Source: a virus (lineage: Duplodnaviria > Caudoviricetes). Taken from it: a stretch of DNA of 64,000 bases. Made by a program: the position numbers and the translations under genes. The notes below the pieces were generated by a model. The model ran no database searches. It saw nothing but the letters and a program-made list of their open reading frames with translations, and had not been told where the DNA came from. The stretch lies in IMG/VR virus record IMGVR_UViG_3300049988_000124, positions 243,822-307,821 of that record. The stretch is one strand, 5' to 3'. Shown piece after piece: positions 9,611 through 19,408 of the stretch. Each line of letters starts with the position of its first letter. The stretch's first letter is position 1.

Positions 9611-10177
9611 ATGAGATTTGTACTGAGATCTGTAGTTACATTGGCATTGTTGGTGACGGGAAGTCCTGCTGTTAGTCAGGTGCGACCCACGATCCGGGTG
9701 CCAATGTGCCTTCAATATCCCGACAGTAAGACCTACGTTCCGTGTACCGGCATGGTACCGGTTGACAAGACGACGGGTGAACCACTTGATTGGACGGCGG
9801 TGTTCAAGGGTTCGCCTAGTGACCCCATCTATACCCAAGAAACGACGCGCCGCACTCACTGGGCTGAGACTTCCTCGCCCCTGAGTGCCGGTCAGCAGTT
9901 CACTGGCGTAACGCACGACGACGGCGGTGCTTACAATGGTGGCTCGACGAGGTCGACGTCTTTCTCCTGTTTTGCCGTTACTGATCAGTCAGGTACGCTT
10001 AGCATCCAAGGATCAGATAACGCCAGTAATTGGGTAACGTTTCAGTCACGCCCCCTGGTACCAGACACGGGCACCTATTTGGTTCAACCCCTCTTTACGC
10101 GCTATTGGCGTTGCGTGGTCGTTAATGGTGGAGCTGCGCAAGGTAGTCTTGTTGTTAAATCTGCGTTCGGAATGTAA
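9611..10177 (+). CDS. signal-peptide protein with beta-sandwich-like C-terminal domain
   Basis: MRFVLRSVVTLALLVTGSPAVS/Q Sec-type leader; four mature Cys. Confidence 0.65.
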   Translation: MRFVLRSVVTLALLVTGSPAVSQVRPTIRVPMCLQYPDSKTYVPCTGMVPVDKTTGEPLDWTAVFKGSPSDPIYTQETTRRTHWAETSSPLSAGQQFTGVTHDDGGAYNGGSTRSTSFSCFAVTDQSGTLSIQGSDNASNWVTFQSRPLVPDTGTYLVQPLFTRYWRCVVVNGGAAQGSLVVKSAFGM

Positions 10178-10180
10178 GTC

Positions 10181-12193
10181 ATGGTACGAAAACTAAAGCA
10201 TGTAGCGATGCTCCTTGGAGCATGTATTTTTACACCCACTGAATCTCTGGCCCAGTGTTTCCAGAACGGTATTCCTTGCGGACAATCTACCACCGCCCCG
10301 TCAACAGGAACAACCACCCCAATCACGCCGGGTAGTAGTATCTTGATGGAGGGAACCAACGGTAGCAATACGGTTCCAGTGCTGACCGACTCTAATGGTC
10401 GCATCATCACCAACATCAACTCCCTTCCTGCTCTTCCCAACGGAATGAACACGATCGGTAAGATCAGTAACACGGTGTTTGATGTCACCCAGTCGGGTAC
10501 TTGGAATGTGGGAGTAACTGGACCGGTGTCGGTGACTGGTCAGTTCTACCCATCTGTTCAATCTGTCTCCCAATCAGGTAGCTGGTCAACGACACTTACA
10601 GGAACGCTTCCCGCGTTTGCCGCAACACCTACTGTTAACCTCGGCACCATCGGCTCCATCGCTACCGATGACAGTGTAAAGGAAGTGACAACGGCCTTGG
10701 GCACGCCCTTTCAAGTTGGAGGGACGATTGGAAACACTTCCTTCGGCGCGGCGCAGACCGGCTCCTGGACCGTTGGTCTTAGTAGTGGCACGAATACCAT
10801 TGGTTCAATCGCTAACACTGCGTTTGGGATTACTGGTACGCTTCCAGGATTTACAACCCCGCCGACCGTCAACATCGGGAGTACCGCAGGGCTCGCGTTA
10901 GATAGTTCGCTGGGCGGTCTATTCAAAGCGGGTCAGTTGATCGGTAACACCAGTTTTGACATCAGTGGTACGCTCCCTGCCTTTGCGGCTACACCAACCT
11001 TTAATGTTGGTACAACAAATGGTCTAGCACTCGATACTAGCGTGAATGGACTCTTTAAGGCGGGACAAAGTATCGGTAATACCTCCTTTGGTATTAGCGG
11101 CACGCTTCCGGCTTTTGCTAGTACGCCTACGGTAAACATCGGAAGCTCTCCAGTAATCACCACCTACCCCACCGCAATGGTGGCAACCTCTGCTCCTTCT
11201 TTCATCAGTGGTACTTACCGCCAGCTGAGTATGACCTTGGCTGGAGCCTTGCGGGTTGACAATAGCGGAGTTACCCAACCAGTAACTGGTTCGGTGACGG
11301 CTAACATCGGTACCGTCAACGGACTAGCCTTGGATACCACGGTCAATGGTTTGTTCAAAGCTGGACAGAGTATCGGTAACAGCTTCTTTGGCGCACGACT
11401 CCAGGATGCAAGTGGTGCAGCTCTTGGAACAAGTGGGAATCCCGTCTACGTTTCTGGTGGCGGTGGCGGTGGCACACCAACTGGCACTGCTGGTACGCCC
11501 AATAGCGCCGTTGTGTCTGTTCAGGGAATCAGTGGCGGTACACCACTGCCTGTGCAGAACACTGCTGCCCTTCCGGCGGGCACGAACACGATTGGTAACG
11601 TGAACATCAATGGTACGGTTCCAGTCTCTGGGACATTCTACCAGGCAACCCAGCCCGTTAGTGTTGCTAGTCTTCCCCTTCCCTCAGGTGCTGCCACCAG
11701 TGCCCTTCAGGGGACGATGAACACCAACCTGACAACCCTGGTCACCAACACCACTGGTGCCTCTACAGCAGCCCTCCAGACGAGCGGTAATGCTAGTCTG
11801 ACAACGGTGGCGGGAACTGTCTCTGCTGCTGGCACTCCTGCTAGTAATGCCGTTACGGTACAACAGCTGACCATGGCAGTCGCCCCGACTACGGTGGCTG
11901 GTGCATCAAGTGCGGTACTAAAGGGATCAGCCGGAACGCTCTACTCGATTAATCTCGAGAATGCCTCTACTGGTGGATACGTAATTGCCTATGATGGAGC
12001 TGTTCCATCTAGTGGTGCGTCGATCACGGCTAGCCTCATTCGGTATCATTACGCCATCCCGGCTAATGCCCCGTTTGATAAAGTCTTTCAAATGCCCGCT
12101 GCCTTTACGACACAGATCACCATTCTGTGTTCATCCAGCTTTACCACTTACACCCCGATCACATGTTCGCTCATCACTGGTCAGGCTAAGTAA
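10181..12193 (+). CDS. signal-peptide, Thr/Gly/Ser-rich repeat (fibre-like) protein
   Basis: Leader ending SLA/Q; internal ~44-aa repeats; C-terminal globular domain starting VLKGSAGTLYSI. Confidence 0.7.
   Translation: MVRKLKHVAMLLGACIFTPTESLAQCFQNGIPCGQSTTAPSTGTTTPITPGSSILMEGTNGSNTVPVLTDSNGRIITNINSLPALPNGMNTIGKISNTVFDVTQSGTWNVGVTGPVSVTGQFYPSVQSVSQSGSWSTTLTGTLPAFAATPTVNLGTIGSIATDDSVKEVTTALGTPFQVGGTIGNTSFGAAQTGSWTVGLSSGTNTIGSIANTAFGITGTLPGFTTPPTVNIGSTAGLALDSSLGGLFKAGQLIGNTSFDISGTLPAFAATPTFNVGTTNGLALDTSVNGLFKAGQSIGNTSFGISGTLPAFASTPTVNIGSSPVITTYPTAMVATSAPSFISGTYRQLSMTLAGALRVDNSGVTQPVTGSVTANIGTVNGLALDTTVNGLFKAGQSIGNSFFGARLQDASGAALGTSGNPVYVSGGGGGGTPTGTAGTPNSAVVSVQGISGGTPLPVQNTAALPAGTNTIGNVNINGTVPVSGTFYQATQPVSVASLPLPSGAATSALQGTMNTNLTTLVTNTTGASTAALQTSGNASLTTVAGTVSAAGTPASNAVTVQQLTMAVAPTTVAGASSAVLKGSAGTLYSINLENASTGGYVIAYDGAVPSSGASITASLIRYHYAIPANAPFDKVFQMPAAFTTQITILCSSSFTTYTPITCSLITGQAK
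10600..11390 (+). repeat. imperfect in-frame protein repeats (GTLPAFAATPTVNIG and GLALDxxVNGLFKAGQxIGNTSF)
   Basis: GTLPxF unit four times and GLALD..LFKAGQ unit three times in the translation; bounds approximate. Confidence 0.75.
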
Positions 12194-12201
12194 GGGAGGA
12201 T

Positions 12202-13176
12202 ATGACCATGCGCTTTTTACTCACTCTTCTCACCTTTGTTCTTTGTTTCAACATCTCATCACCTGCTATTGCACAAACGTCGACCAATCAGCAAGTCACC
12301 GTTGCTCCTGCAACCTGGGGACCAACGACGCTTACCTTGACAGGGGCTAGTCAGACACAGACCATGACACTACCTGGATCATCCTCCTTGGTGATGCGGG
12401 TGGCTGGGTCATGCACTGATACCAATCCAGCCGCTATCATCTTTGGGAACTCTCCCGATGTCGGTGGACCAGTACTGGGAGCGGCACGCCTCTTTAAGTC
12501 AGGAGTGGGATCGCTTGGTCGAAACTCGCTGATGTGTAATGGTACCATCTCTGGTGGCTATCGTCTAGTTACCGGTGGTAGTCAGATCAGTGTGAGTACG
12601 AGCTCGACCTTCTCAGGTTCGGTAACGCTCACGATCTTTGCCACTCAGTCTAGTGAGCTGGTGTTCATCAATGGTCCAGTGCATACTTCTGAGGAAGAGG
12701 CACTGCGAGCCGGGCGTGCATGGATTGTCTCCACGCAGCTTCAAAGTGTGGCATCGGGTAATTCGATCATGGCCACCTTGTCCAACCCTGCTGGGTCCGG
12801 CGTGAACATGTTCATCGTCATGCGCGTGTTCGCGTGTAATGGTACAACCGGAACGACACCACAAGAATGGACAACCTACGCCAATCCAACCAATACACTG
12901 ACGACGCAGATCAACCTAGCCAACCGTAAACCAAATGACACCACCGTATTTATCGGAACATTCCGTTGGCAGATGGGTACTGGTAGTTTTACCGGTGGTA
13001 CCGCTGGTGACAGTGGTCCGGTGGTAACGGGTGGTGGTTACGACGCTATTCCCTATCTATCGATGCTGACCCCTGGTAACACAGCAGCAGTAACGATTGC
13101 AGGGGCAGGTGGTGGTCTGGCTGCTACTGCGCGGTGTAAGATCACCTATCTCGGTTACGACGAACCAATCAACTAA
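12202..13176 (+). CDS. signal-peptide, two-domain beta-rich protein
   Basis: MRFLLTLLTFVLCFNISSPAIA/Q leader; four mature Cys; LSNPAGSGVNMF segment. Confidence 0.65.
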   Translation: MTMRFLLTLLTFVLCFNISSPAIAQTSTNQQVTVAPATWGPTTLTLTGASQTQTMTLPGSSSLVMRVAGSCTDTNPAAIIFGNSPDVGGPVLGAARLFKSGVGSLGRNSLMCNGTISGGYRLVTGGSQISVSTSSTFSGSVTLTIFATQSSELVFINGPVHTSEEEALRAGRAWIVSTQLQSVASGNSIMATLSNPAGSGVNMFIVMRVFACNGTTGTTPQEWTTYANPTNTLTTQINLANRKPNDTTVFIGTFRWQMGTGSFTGGTAGDSGPVVTGGGYDAIPYLSMLTPGNTAAVTIAGAGGGLAATARCKITYLGYDEPIN

Positions 13177-13267
13177 ACGCATCTTGGTAGGTAGGGGCGT
13201 TAGCCTCTACCTACTGGTTGTAATTTATAAAGTTCCCGATGATATGACCCTATCGTCAGGAGTTTTT

Positions 13268-13972
13268 ATGACAGTCAACACCCATTTCATCGACATGATC
13301 GATGCAGCTTTCCTCAAGATTGTTTGTCCTGAGCGAAAGCTGTCTGAGCTCGAAGTTCTGGTAGAGCCGTTCAAGAAGGCGTGCGTTAAGTACGAGATCG
13401 TCAGCATCCGCCGGGTCGCTGCTTTTATTGCACAGATGTCGACTGAGAGTCTACTCGTCTACGACGTTCAGGAGAATCTCAACTATTCAGCGGACGGTCT
13501 GGCTGCAACCTGGCCTAACCGCTACGCGATCAATCCTAAATCCACTGGCAAGAAGATCCCTAATGATCTGGCTAAGAAGCTTCACCGTAAGCCCGAGGCT
13601 ATTGCCAACAACGTCTACGCTGATCGCATGGGTAATGGCAACGAAGCATCAGGTGACGGCTGGCGATTCCGGGGTACGGGACTCAAGCAGCTAACAGGTC
13701 TGCGGAACTGGTATCTCTTCGGTCTCACCGTCATGATGACGGCGTTGGAAGCTATTGTTTACGGTCGCACCCTTGAGGGTAGTGTAATGTCGGCTGCCTG
13801 GTTCTGGAATACCAATGGCTTGAATGATCTGGCTGAGACACCTGGTGTAGAAGACGAGACCAAGCGGATCAACGGTGGCTACAATGGTCTCGAGGACCGT
13901 CGTACTCGTTTCAACAATGGTGTAAATGAACTCCTGCGTCGTGAGCGTCTGGCTCGCGGGATTATCAAGTAA
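13268..13972 (+). CDS. GH19 chitinase-like endolysin
   Basis: RVAAFIAQ..TES, ENLNYSADGL, IANNVYADRMGNG, GDGWRFRG.GLKQLTG, SAAWFW, RINGGYNGLEDR; start moved to ATG after AGGAG. Confidence 0.88.
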   Translation: MTVNTHFIDMIDAAFLKIVCPERKLSELEVLVEPFKKACVKYEIVSIRRVAAFIAQMSTESLLVYDVQENLNYSADGLAATWPNRYAINPKSTGKKIPNDLAKKLHRKPEAIANNVYADRMGNGNEASGDGWRFRGTGLKQLTGLRNWYLFGLTVMMTALEAIVYGRTLEGSVMSAAWFWNTNGLNDLAETPGVEDETKRINGGYNGLEDRRTRFNNGVNELLRRERLARGIIK

Positions 13973-13989
13973 GAATAAGGTTTTTACAC

Positions 13990-14334
13990 ATGACAGAAGG
14001 TGCCTACCTCGAGCCTACTCGGCTCAGCCGCCAGTGGTTGCGGCGCTTTAATAACGGACTATGTCCTCTCAAGGAGGGCGATCTATCCTACCATGAAGCG
14101 CGTACCGAGATCGGGGTAGGACCTGCTGATCAAATCACAGGTGATGTGTACCCGCACGAGGATTCTAGATGGCCCACCAAGTGTGGCTGCGGTTACCCGT
14201 TCACCGACCGTGATTCAAAGCAATTGTACGCTGAGCGAATCTATCGACGCTCAGATACCGGTGAGGAGCTATTACTCAAGGATGCTCCTGTCGGTATGGT
14301 AAGGAGACACTATCATCAAGGTCAATTCTCATGA
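13990..14334 (+). CDS. hypothetical protein
   Basis: 114-aa ORF with WPTKCGCG; stop overlaps the next start. Confidence 0.6.
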   Translation: MTEGAYLEPTRLSRQWLRRFNNGLCPLKEGDLSYHEARTEIGVGPADQITGDVYPHEDSRWPTKCGCGYPFTDRDSKQLYAERIYRRSDTGEELLLKDAPVGMVRRHYHQGQFS

Positions 14335-14786
14335 TCCCTGTTTATCAAACCCTTACTGTGAAGAACGACGGGGTGGGTAACTGCTTTAATGCGTGCGTTG
14401 CCTCCATTCTCGAACTTCCCCTTCGCAAAGTAGCCAACATCCTACCTGGAGAAGAAGGTTCCTGGATGCACCGCTGGCGGCGCTGGTTGGGGGATCATGG
14501 GTACCGTCTCGTATACAGTGATGAAGCCTGTCCGCCGATGGGGTACAGCATCGCCACGGTACACACCGAGCGTACTTATCCGGACGATCATCCCAGACGT
14601 CCAGGGGTGCTCATTGCTCACTCGTGTGTAGCCTTTGACGGCGTGATCGTTCATGATCCGTATCCCCTGAAAAGTGCGCAGCGAGACATTCGTTACTACA
14701 CCCAGCTTGTTCCATTAACCGATGCCGAGAAGCGAGCACACCGGCTAATGGTGGCCAGAGAAGTCGCCTACAGTGACAAGTTATAA
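14331..14786 (+). CDS. putative papain-like (C39-type) cysteine peptidase, paralog 1
   Basis: GNCFNACVASILELP ... HSCV ... VHDP gives a Cys-His-Asp order. Confidence 0.5.
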   Translation: MIPVYQTLTVKNDGVGNCFNACVASILELPLRKVANILPGEEGSWMHRWRRWLGDHGYRLVYSDEACPPMGYSIATVHTERTYPDDHPRRPGVLIAHSCVAFDGVIVHDPYPLKSAQRDIRYYTQLVPLTDAEKRAHRLMVAREVAYSDKL

Positions 14787-15016
14787 TTTATTTTAACATT
14801 CTATGGTCTTTAATCAAAAAAAGACAATACGGTTCTTTCGGTTTGAGTCAGCATGTCTGTAGTTACCAAAAACAGGTGCTGTTGTTTAGACTAGATTTGC
14901 GGCTCATAACCGCCCAATAATGCACGGTGAGACCGATTGGCAAAGATCAGTCGGACTCGGTTTTTACAAGAGTAACAGTCACATGCAGCGTTTATCAAGA
15001 ACGGTGGGGCTTAAGC

Positions 15017-15649
15017 ATGCCTGACATCCCCCACACTACCCCTGCTACTACCCCTCCGCCTGTAGAGCATCAGCCCACGAGCTCTGCCACGACGCAAGTC
15101 GTGATTCCTTCCAACCCAGCCCAGCAGCGTAACCCGTATCTGGAATGGGACGGTGTCGTCTTCGTCATCGGCGGCATCTTTGCTGCCATGCTAGTTCTCA
15201 AACAGCTCCTAGAGTTCGGCAAGTCTATTGGCGAGTTCTTGGATCGTAAGAAGAAGAGTGCCCTGGAACAAGATGCACCCTTGGCTGCTCGTATTGCAGC
15301 AGTCGAGGATGTGGTCAAGTCGTTCCGAACAAGGGATGATCTAGAGAGAGACTTTGGTATCTTGAAAGGAGACATCCGGCACATCAAAGCAAACTCCGAG
15401 CAGTCTAACCAATCATCCGCTGATCGCTTTCGCAAGATTGAGGGTCAGTTGACGGAAGACCGATTGGAGCGTGCTCGTCTTGAGGCAAAGGTCGATGGCA
15501 TGTCTGTCAACTTTGCTCGAGTCGAGGGTGCAGTGGAGCGACTAGGAGAGCGAGTGGAGGATCGTCTTGATAAGATGCAAGAGTTGATCACCTTAGCTGT
15601 TACTGCTCGCTCTGGTGCTAGTAAACGAACCACCAGTAGTAATGACTGA
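15017..15649 (+). CDS. single-TM coiled-coil membrane protein (possible holin-like or lysis accessory)
   Basis: Pro/Thr-rich N-terminus, TM VVFVIGGIFAAMLVL, long heptad-rich C-terminus; ends the endolysin-containing + strand run. Confidence 0.4.
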   Translation: MPDIPHTTPATTPPPVEHQPTSSATTQVVIPSNPAQQRNPYLEWDGVVFVIGGIFAAMLVLKQLLEFGKSIGEFLDRKKKSALEQDAPLAARIAAVEDVVKSFRTRDDLERDFGILKGDIRHIKANSEQSNQSSADRFRKIEGQLTEDRLERARLEAKVDGMSVNFARVEGAVERLGERVEDRLDKMQELITLAVTARSGASKRTTSSND

Positions 15650-15655
15650 TTCTAT

Positions 15656-15687
15656 CTAAGAGAGAGCCCTGATAGGCTCTCTCTTAG
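15656..15687. terminator. terminator-like hairpin after the + strand late cluster
   Basis: 13-bp perfect stem. Confidence 0.7.
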
Positions 15688-15938
15688 AGGTTATGGTCTT
15701 GACACAAACATGATAGTGGATGAATACCTCTTTATTTTTTGAGAGGTTTGTATCTGTTATGAAATGATACAAACACTTCTCTTAACTCTTAAGGGGATGT
15801 TTGTATTGGGGGATGGTGGGAAAAATAACTCATAGATAAAGAGAGATAGAGATATCCCTTAAGGGATATCTACTAAGACTCTATGGTATTTTGAAAAACT
15901 TTGAAATTTCGACAAAAAATTTAACCTGACCAGATGGG

Positions 15939-15973
15939 TCTAATGAGAGAGCCTTTTGGGCTCTCTCATTAGA
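15939..15973. terminator. terminator-like hairpin after the convergent minus-strand gene
   Basis: 15-bp perfect stem tctaatgagagagcc/ggctctctcattaga. Confidence 0.7.
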
Positions 15974-15982
15974 GTTATGGGT

Positions 15983-17059
15983 TTATGCTAGCTTCTCGAG
16001 GTAGAAGTCAACGAACCTGGAAAGGTGATGAGCTTCTCTTGCTTTAGAAGTGTCGGTCATGGCATTCATCACGAGGGTGACAAACTCCTTGTTGATGTTG
16101 TAGTACCGCTCTACCTCATCTGGAATGTTGGTTAGGAAACCGACATACTGGTTCCATTCTTCCTTCCAGCGAGCATCGATGATTTGTTTGATGCTCTTCA
16201 TGAGGATTTTCAGGGGATCACTGTGGATCGTTGCCCTTACCTGTCCATCGTGGGATTCGAAATAGAAGAACGACTCACCAATAGTCTTAGTGATGAATCC
16301 GTTAACTTCATACGTTCCTGCAACTCCCTTATAAAGGAGTCCATCGTAGGTGACCTCATTGAAGAGATCTACGTCCAATGGGTAGCCGTTATTGCCGCGC
16401 AGGTGAACGTTGAATTGTTCAGTGATACTGAGCGGTTCTTTGAAGGTTGCAAGGTAGAAGGAGAAGTATTTGTCAGGCAATTCCTGTCCCGCAACAAGTC
16501 CTGTTTCCGACCCCGTCAGAGGCTCCATCTTGGTGAGGCTTGGTACCTTGATCAAGACGGTCTGGTTATCGAACCAAGCGGGGAACCTGAGCTCTCGAGG
16601 ATCGTAATTATCGAGACTTCCTCCTCCCTGGAAAAAAGCCTCGTTCTTGAAGATGATTCCCTTACTCAGCGTATTCTGCCTAGTCCGGTGGACGTCGGTC
16701 ATCATCACCATCCGCACCAGCTCACCTTCACCGTTGGTGATACGCAGGACGTGGTTGTTGGCACCGAACATGGAAGTGATCGTGTAGTTCTCGAACCTTC
16801 CTGATCCCTTGATGGACTTACGTAGACCGGGTGACGCCTTAATCATCATCTCGGTAACATCCATCCAATTCTTCTCATCGACCACGTAGTCCGACGGGGT
16901 CGTGGTAGTGAGACGCATGATGGTCTCACCACTGGGCTCGATCAGATAGATGTTGGTGCGATAAGCATTCTCTCGCCGGAACTCTAGATGAAGTTCCTGG
17001 ACGTCCCCATCAATGTGAGTCTTTGAAACTCGGGCTCCGTAGATGCCTTGCGTTTGCAT
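15983..17059 (-). CDS. hypothetical protein, probably early
   Basis: 358-aa ORF, TAAGGA RBS, TATATTAC upstream. Confidence 0.75.
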   Translation of the reverse strand: MQTQGIYGARVSKTHIDGDVQELHLEFRRENAYRTNIYLIEPSGETIMRLTTTTPSDYVVDEKNWMDVTEMMIKASPGLRKSIKGSGRFENYTITSMFGANNHVLRITNGEGELVRMVMMTDVHRTRQNTLSKGIIFKNEAFFQGGGSLDNYDPRELRFPAWFDNQTVLIKVPSLTKMEPLTGSETGLVAGQELPDKYFSFYLATFKEPLSITEQFNVHLRGNNGYPLDVDLFNEVTYDGLLYKGVAGTYEVNGFITKTIGESFFYFESHDGQVRATIHSDPLKILMKSIKQIIDARWKEEWNQYVGFLTNIPDEVERYYNINKEFVTLVMNAMTDTSKAREAHHLSRFVDFYLEKLA

Positions 17060-17124
17060 GGTATTTCCTTATGGGTTTTTAGGTTAAGGTCGATCAGCGT
17101 AGACGTATCGTACTGATCAATAGG

Positions 17125-17132
17125 GTAATATA
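17125..17132 (-). promoter_or_regulatory. phiKZ-type early promoter core TATATTAC
   Basis: gtaatatagcgat on + strand. Confidence 0.7.
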
Positions 17133-17220
17133 GCGATGAGGAAGATTTGATAAATACTTTTGAAATTTGAGGGGGGCTAGTATGATCTATTTATCTTTTC
17201 ACCCCTATGGACCGACTACC

Positions 17221-17622
17221 ATGATTCCTGTGTATCAGTCTAAGTTTATCCACATCGATGGTATGGGAGATTGTTTCAATGCTTGTGTCGCTTCTATTCT
17301 TGAGCTACCTATCAGAGACGTCAGCGAGGTTCTACCAGACTCTCCTGGGGTCTGGTATCGTAATTGGCAGAAGTTTCTAAAGACTAAAGGATATGAGCTA
17401 GAGGTCTGCAGTTTGGATGATCCGCCCTCTGGGTACAGTATCTTGTCTGTTGAGACCGAGAAGCAGTTTCCAGAAGGTCACGCGCTTGCCGGACAATATG
17501 TCATTCACGCTTGTGTAGCGTTTGGTGGATCGATTGTTCATGATCCTTATCCCATTAACGTCAGTATCAGACGACTCCTTTATTACCACACCCTAACCCC
17601 TATTTCTCTTTCCACAACCTAA
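17221..17622 (+). CDS. putative papain-like (C39-type) cysteine peptidase, paralog 2
   Basis: Same MIPVYQ start, GDCFNACVASILELP, HACV and VHDP as 14331..14786. Confidence 0.5.
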   Translation: MIPVYQSKFIHIDGMGDCFNACVASILELPIRDVSEVLPDSPGVWYRNWQKFLKTKGYELEVCSLDDPPSGYSILSVETEKQFPEGHALAGQYVIHACVAFGGSIVHDPYPINVSIRRLLYYHTLTPISLSTT

Positions 17623-17640
17623 CGTAAAGACCATGCCGTC

Positions 17641-17925
17641 ATGTGTTTAAACATTTCATTGGTAACCCAGGACTTGAGTGCAGACCATCCTCGCTGGAAT
17701 GATGCCAGCATGCACGGGGATAAGCTCATTGGTAAGTTACTGGCTCTTCCGTGCATCACCCACCGAATCGATGATACCACCAGTGTGTGGCGACCTGAGG
17801 ACTTCTCGCAGTGGCGCGCACTAGTGAATAGTTGGCCCCAGGACCGGGGTAATAGTGATCGCTTTCCACACATGCTCAATATCCTGGAAGAAGATCAGGA
17901 TTATTGGATCTATCTTTCTACGTGA
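17641..17925 (+). CDS. hypothetical protein
   Basis: 94-aa ORF followed by a terminator-like hairpin. Confidence 0.5.
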   Translation: MCLNISLVTQDLSADHPRWNDASMHGDKLIGKLLALPCITHRIDDTTSVWRPEDFSQWRALVNSWPQDRGNSDRFPHMLNILEEDQDYWIYLST

Positions 17926-17992
17926 TCTTTTCTACATACATCTGTTAGCTATACTCCTCTCCCGTGTGGGAGAGGAGTATAGGGTTTATGGG

Positions 17993-19000
17993 TTACTTAC
18001 TGTCAGCTAGTTCTTCGCGGCGGCGCGAGATTCTCTCCAGCATCTGGATACTATCACTAACGATAGCTTTCTCTCGCTCTTTACCTTCGTAATTGGTGGT
18101 GCACCTAGCTAACCACTCTGAGTAAGTGAGTTCGATAGGTCTACGCTCGTCAGTGGGTAGATCTTTTAAACTATCAAAAACAGCTTGCATGGCTGACATC
18201 ACCACGTCTTTGATAACGGTGATAATTAGCTCGCTACTCGGTGTTCTCAGATACCAGAAACCTGATGGATGTTCTACCTTGATTAAACGATTGGGATCGT
18301 ATCGTCCTGGATGTCCAGCAAAATTACTAGGGTAGCTGTAATAGGATTTGGTTAGGAGGAGTTGCCTGGCGCTGATTTCTTTTGGGGTTGGTGTATGAAC
18401 AAAAGGAATCGAGTAAACGTTGTTCTCATCTTCTCTCCGTTTGAAAGAAATCTCCAATCCAGTTTCATCAATACCCGCTACCCAAGGGGTATGTTGGAAG
18501 CCTGAGGGACTTCTGACAATTAGGAGTTCTGGTACACTGTGCCGAATGGGCTCACCAATCCAACTCTCACCATGCGAGGTGAAATGGAAGGGAGGACTGT
18601 TATGTTTTTGGATAACAAAGTACCTACAGCCTACCGCTCGCTTCGTGGTAAGAGAGAACGAGAGGTATGAATTTTCGAGATTGTCTACCACAACGGTACG
18701 GTCGTATGGACTATGCCCCTCGAGTACTCCGGTTTTACCAAAGTTACTGACAATATATTCCATCAGATCAATCACATTGCTCTCATCAACAGTCATGTTG
18801 AATGGAGCAGGAAGATAAATCTGAGCAGCAATTTTATCTGCTTTGTCAGATTCTGGATTTGAGAACACAACGTTGTGTTTGGGCCAATCTTTCTGAACTG
18901 CCTCCATTCCGTCGACTGACTTGTACACACTAACTGATACCGGAAAAAGCGCCTGCTTATCCTTAGGGCCGTCCTTGATAACTCCGTACAGATGTGACAC
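17993..19000 (-). CDS. hypothetical protein
   Basis: 335-aa ORF with AAGGA RBS. Confidence 0.7.
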   Translation of the reverse strand: MSHLYGVIKDGPKDKQALFPVSVSVYKSVDGMEAVQKDWPKHNVVFSNPESDKADKIAAQIYLPAPFNMTVDESNVIDLMEYIVSNFGKTGVLEGHSPYDRTVVVDNLENSYLSFSLTTKRAVGCRYFVIQKHNSPPFHFTSHGESWIGEPIRHSVPELLIVRSPSGFQHTPWVAGIDETGLEISFKRREDENNVYSIPFVHTPTPKEISARQLLLTKSYYSYPSNFAGHPGRYDPNRLIKVEHPSGFWYLRTPSSELIITVIKDVVMSAMQAVFDSLKDLPTDERRPIELTYSEWLARCTTNYEGKEREKAIVSDSIQMLERISRRREELADSK

Positions 19001-19096
19001 GGTAATTTCCTTTACTCATAATGGACCATTCGTCCACATCATCGAAGAACACTGGTTAGAAAATAAATCCACGATTAGTCTGTTATACTGTGCAGC

Positions 19097-19186
19097 GGAA
19101 GTGTGGCTGAGCGGTCGAAGGCTCCCGACTTGAAATCGGGCGTACCTTTGCGGGTATCCAGGGTTCGAATCCCTGCGCTTCCGCCA
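19097..19186 (+). tRNA. tRNA-Ser(TGA)
   Basis: Acceptor GGAAGTG/CGCTTCC, G73, encoded CCA, loop CT-TGA-AA, long variable arm, GTTCGAATC T-loop. Confidence 0.93.
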
Positions 19187-19210
19187 ACAAATTTACCTAG
19201 GGTCTTTTAT

Positions 19211-19399
19211 ATGCAAGTCACCGAAGATCAGCTCCAGACACTAGCAGAGCGTTTCTGCGCTGCGCCTCTTCCCAAGAGCGTGTGCAGTGATGGATGCGTT
19301 ACTGATCCCAATTATCCCCATCCCCGCTTCGGTACCAATCTACTGACCGTGGCTGAGGCTAAGGAAGTACTCAGGGAGACCTTGAAGGATCCTCTCTGA
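19211..19399 (+). CDS. small hypothetical protein between tRNAs
   Basis: Start moved to MQVTEDQ because the upstream part of the track ORF is the tRNA. Confidence 0.55.
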   Translation: MQVTEDQLQTLAERFCAAPLPKSVCSDGCVTDPNYPHPRFGTNLLTVAEAKEVLRETLKDPL

Positions 19400-19408
19400 G
19401 ATCAACCC

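Noticed and set aside
13990-14334. Possible truncation of this gene by insertion of the downstream peptidase-like paralog
   Set aside because: It rests only on a vague recollection of longer homologues; no remnant is visible in the sequence
19103-19210. N-terminal part of ORF 19103..19399, and ORF 19441..19752
   Set aside because: These are translations of tRNA-Ser genes, not protein
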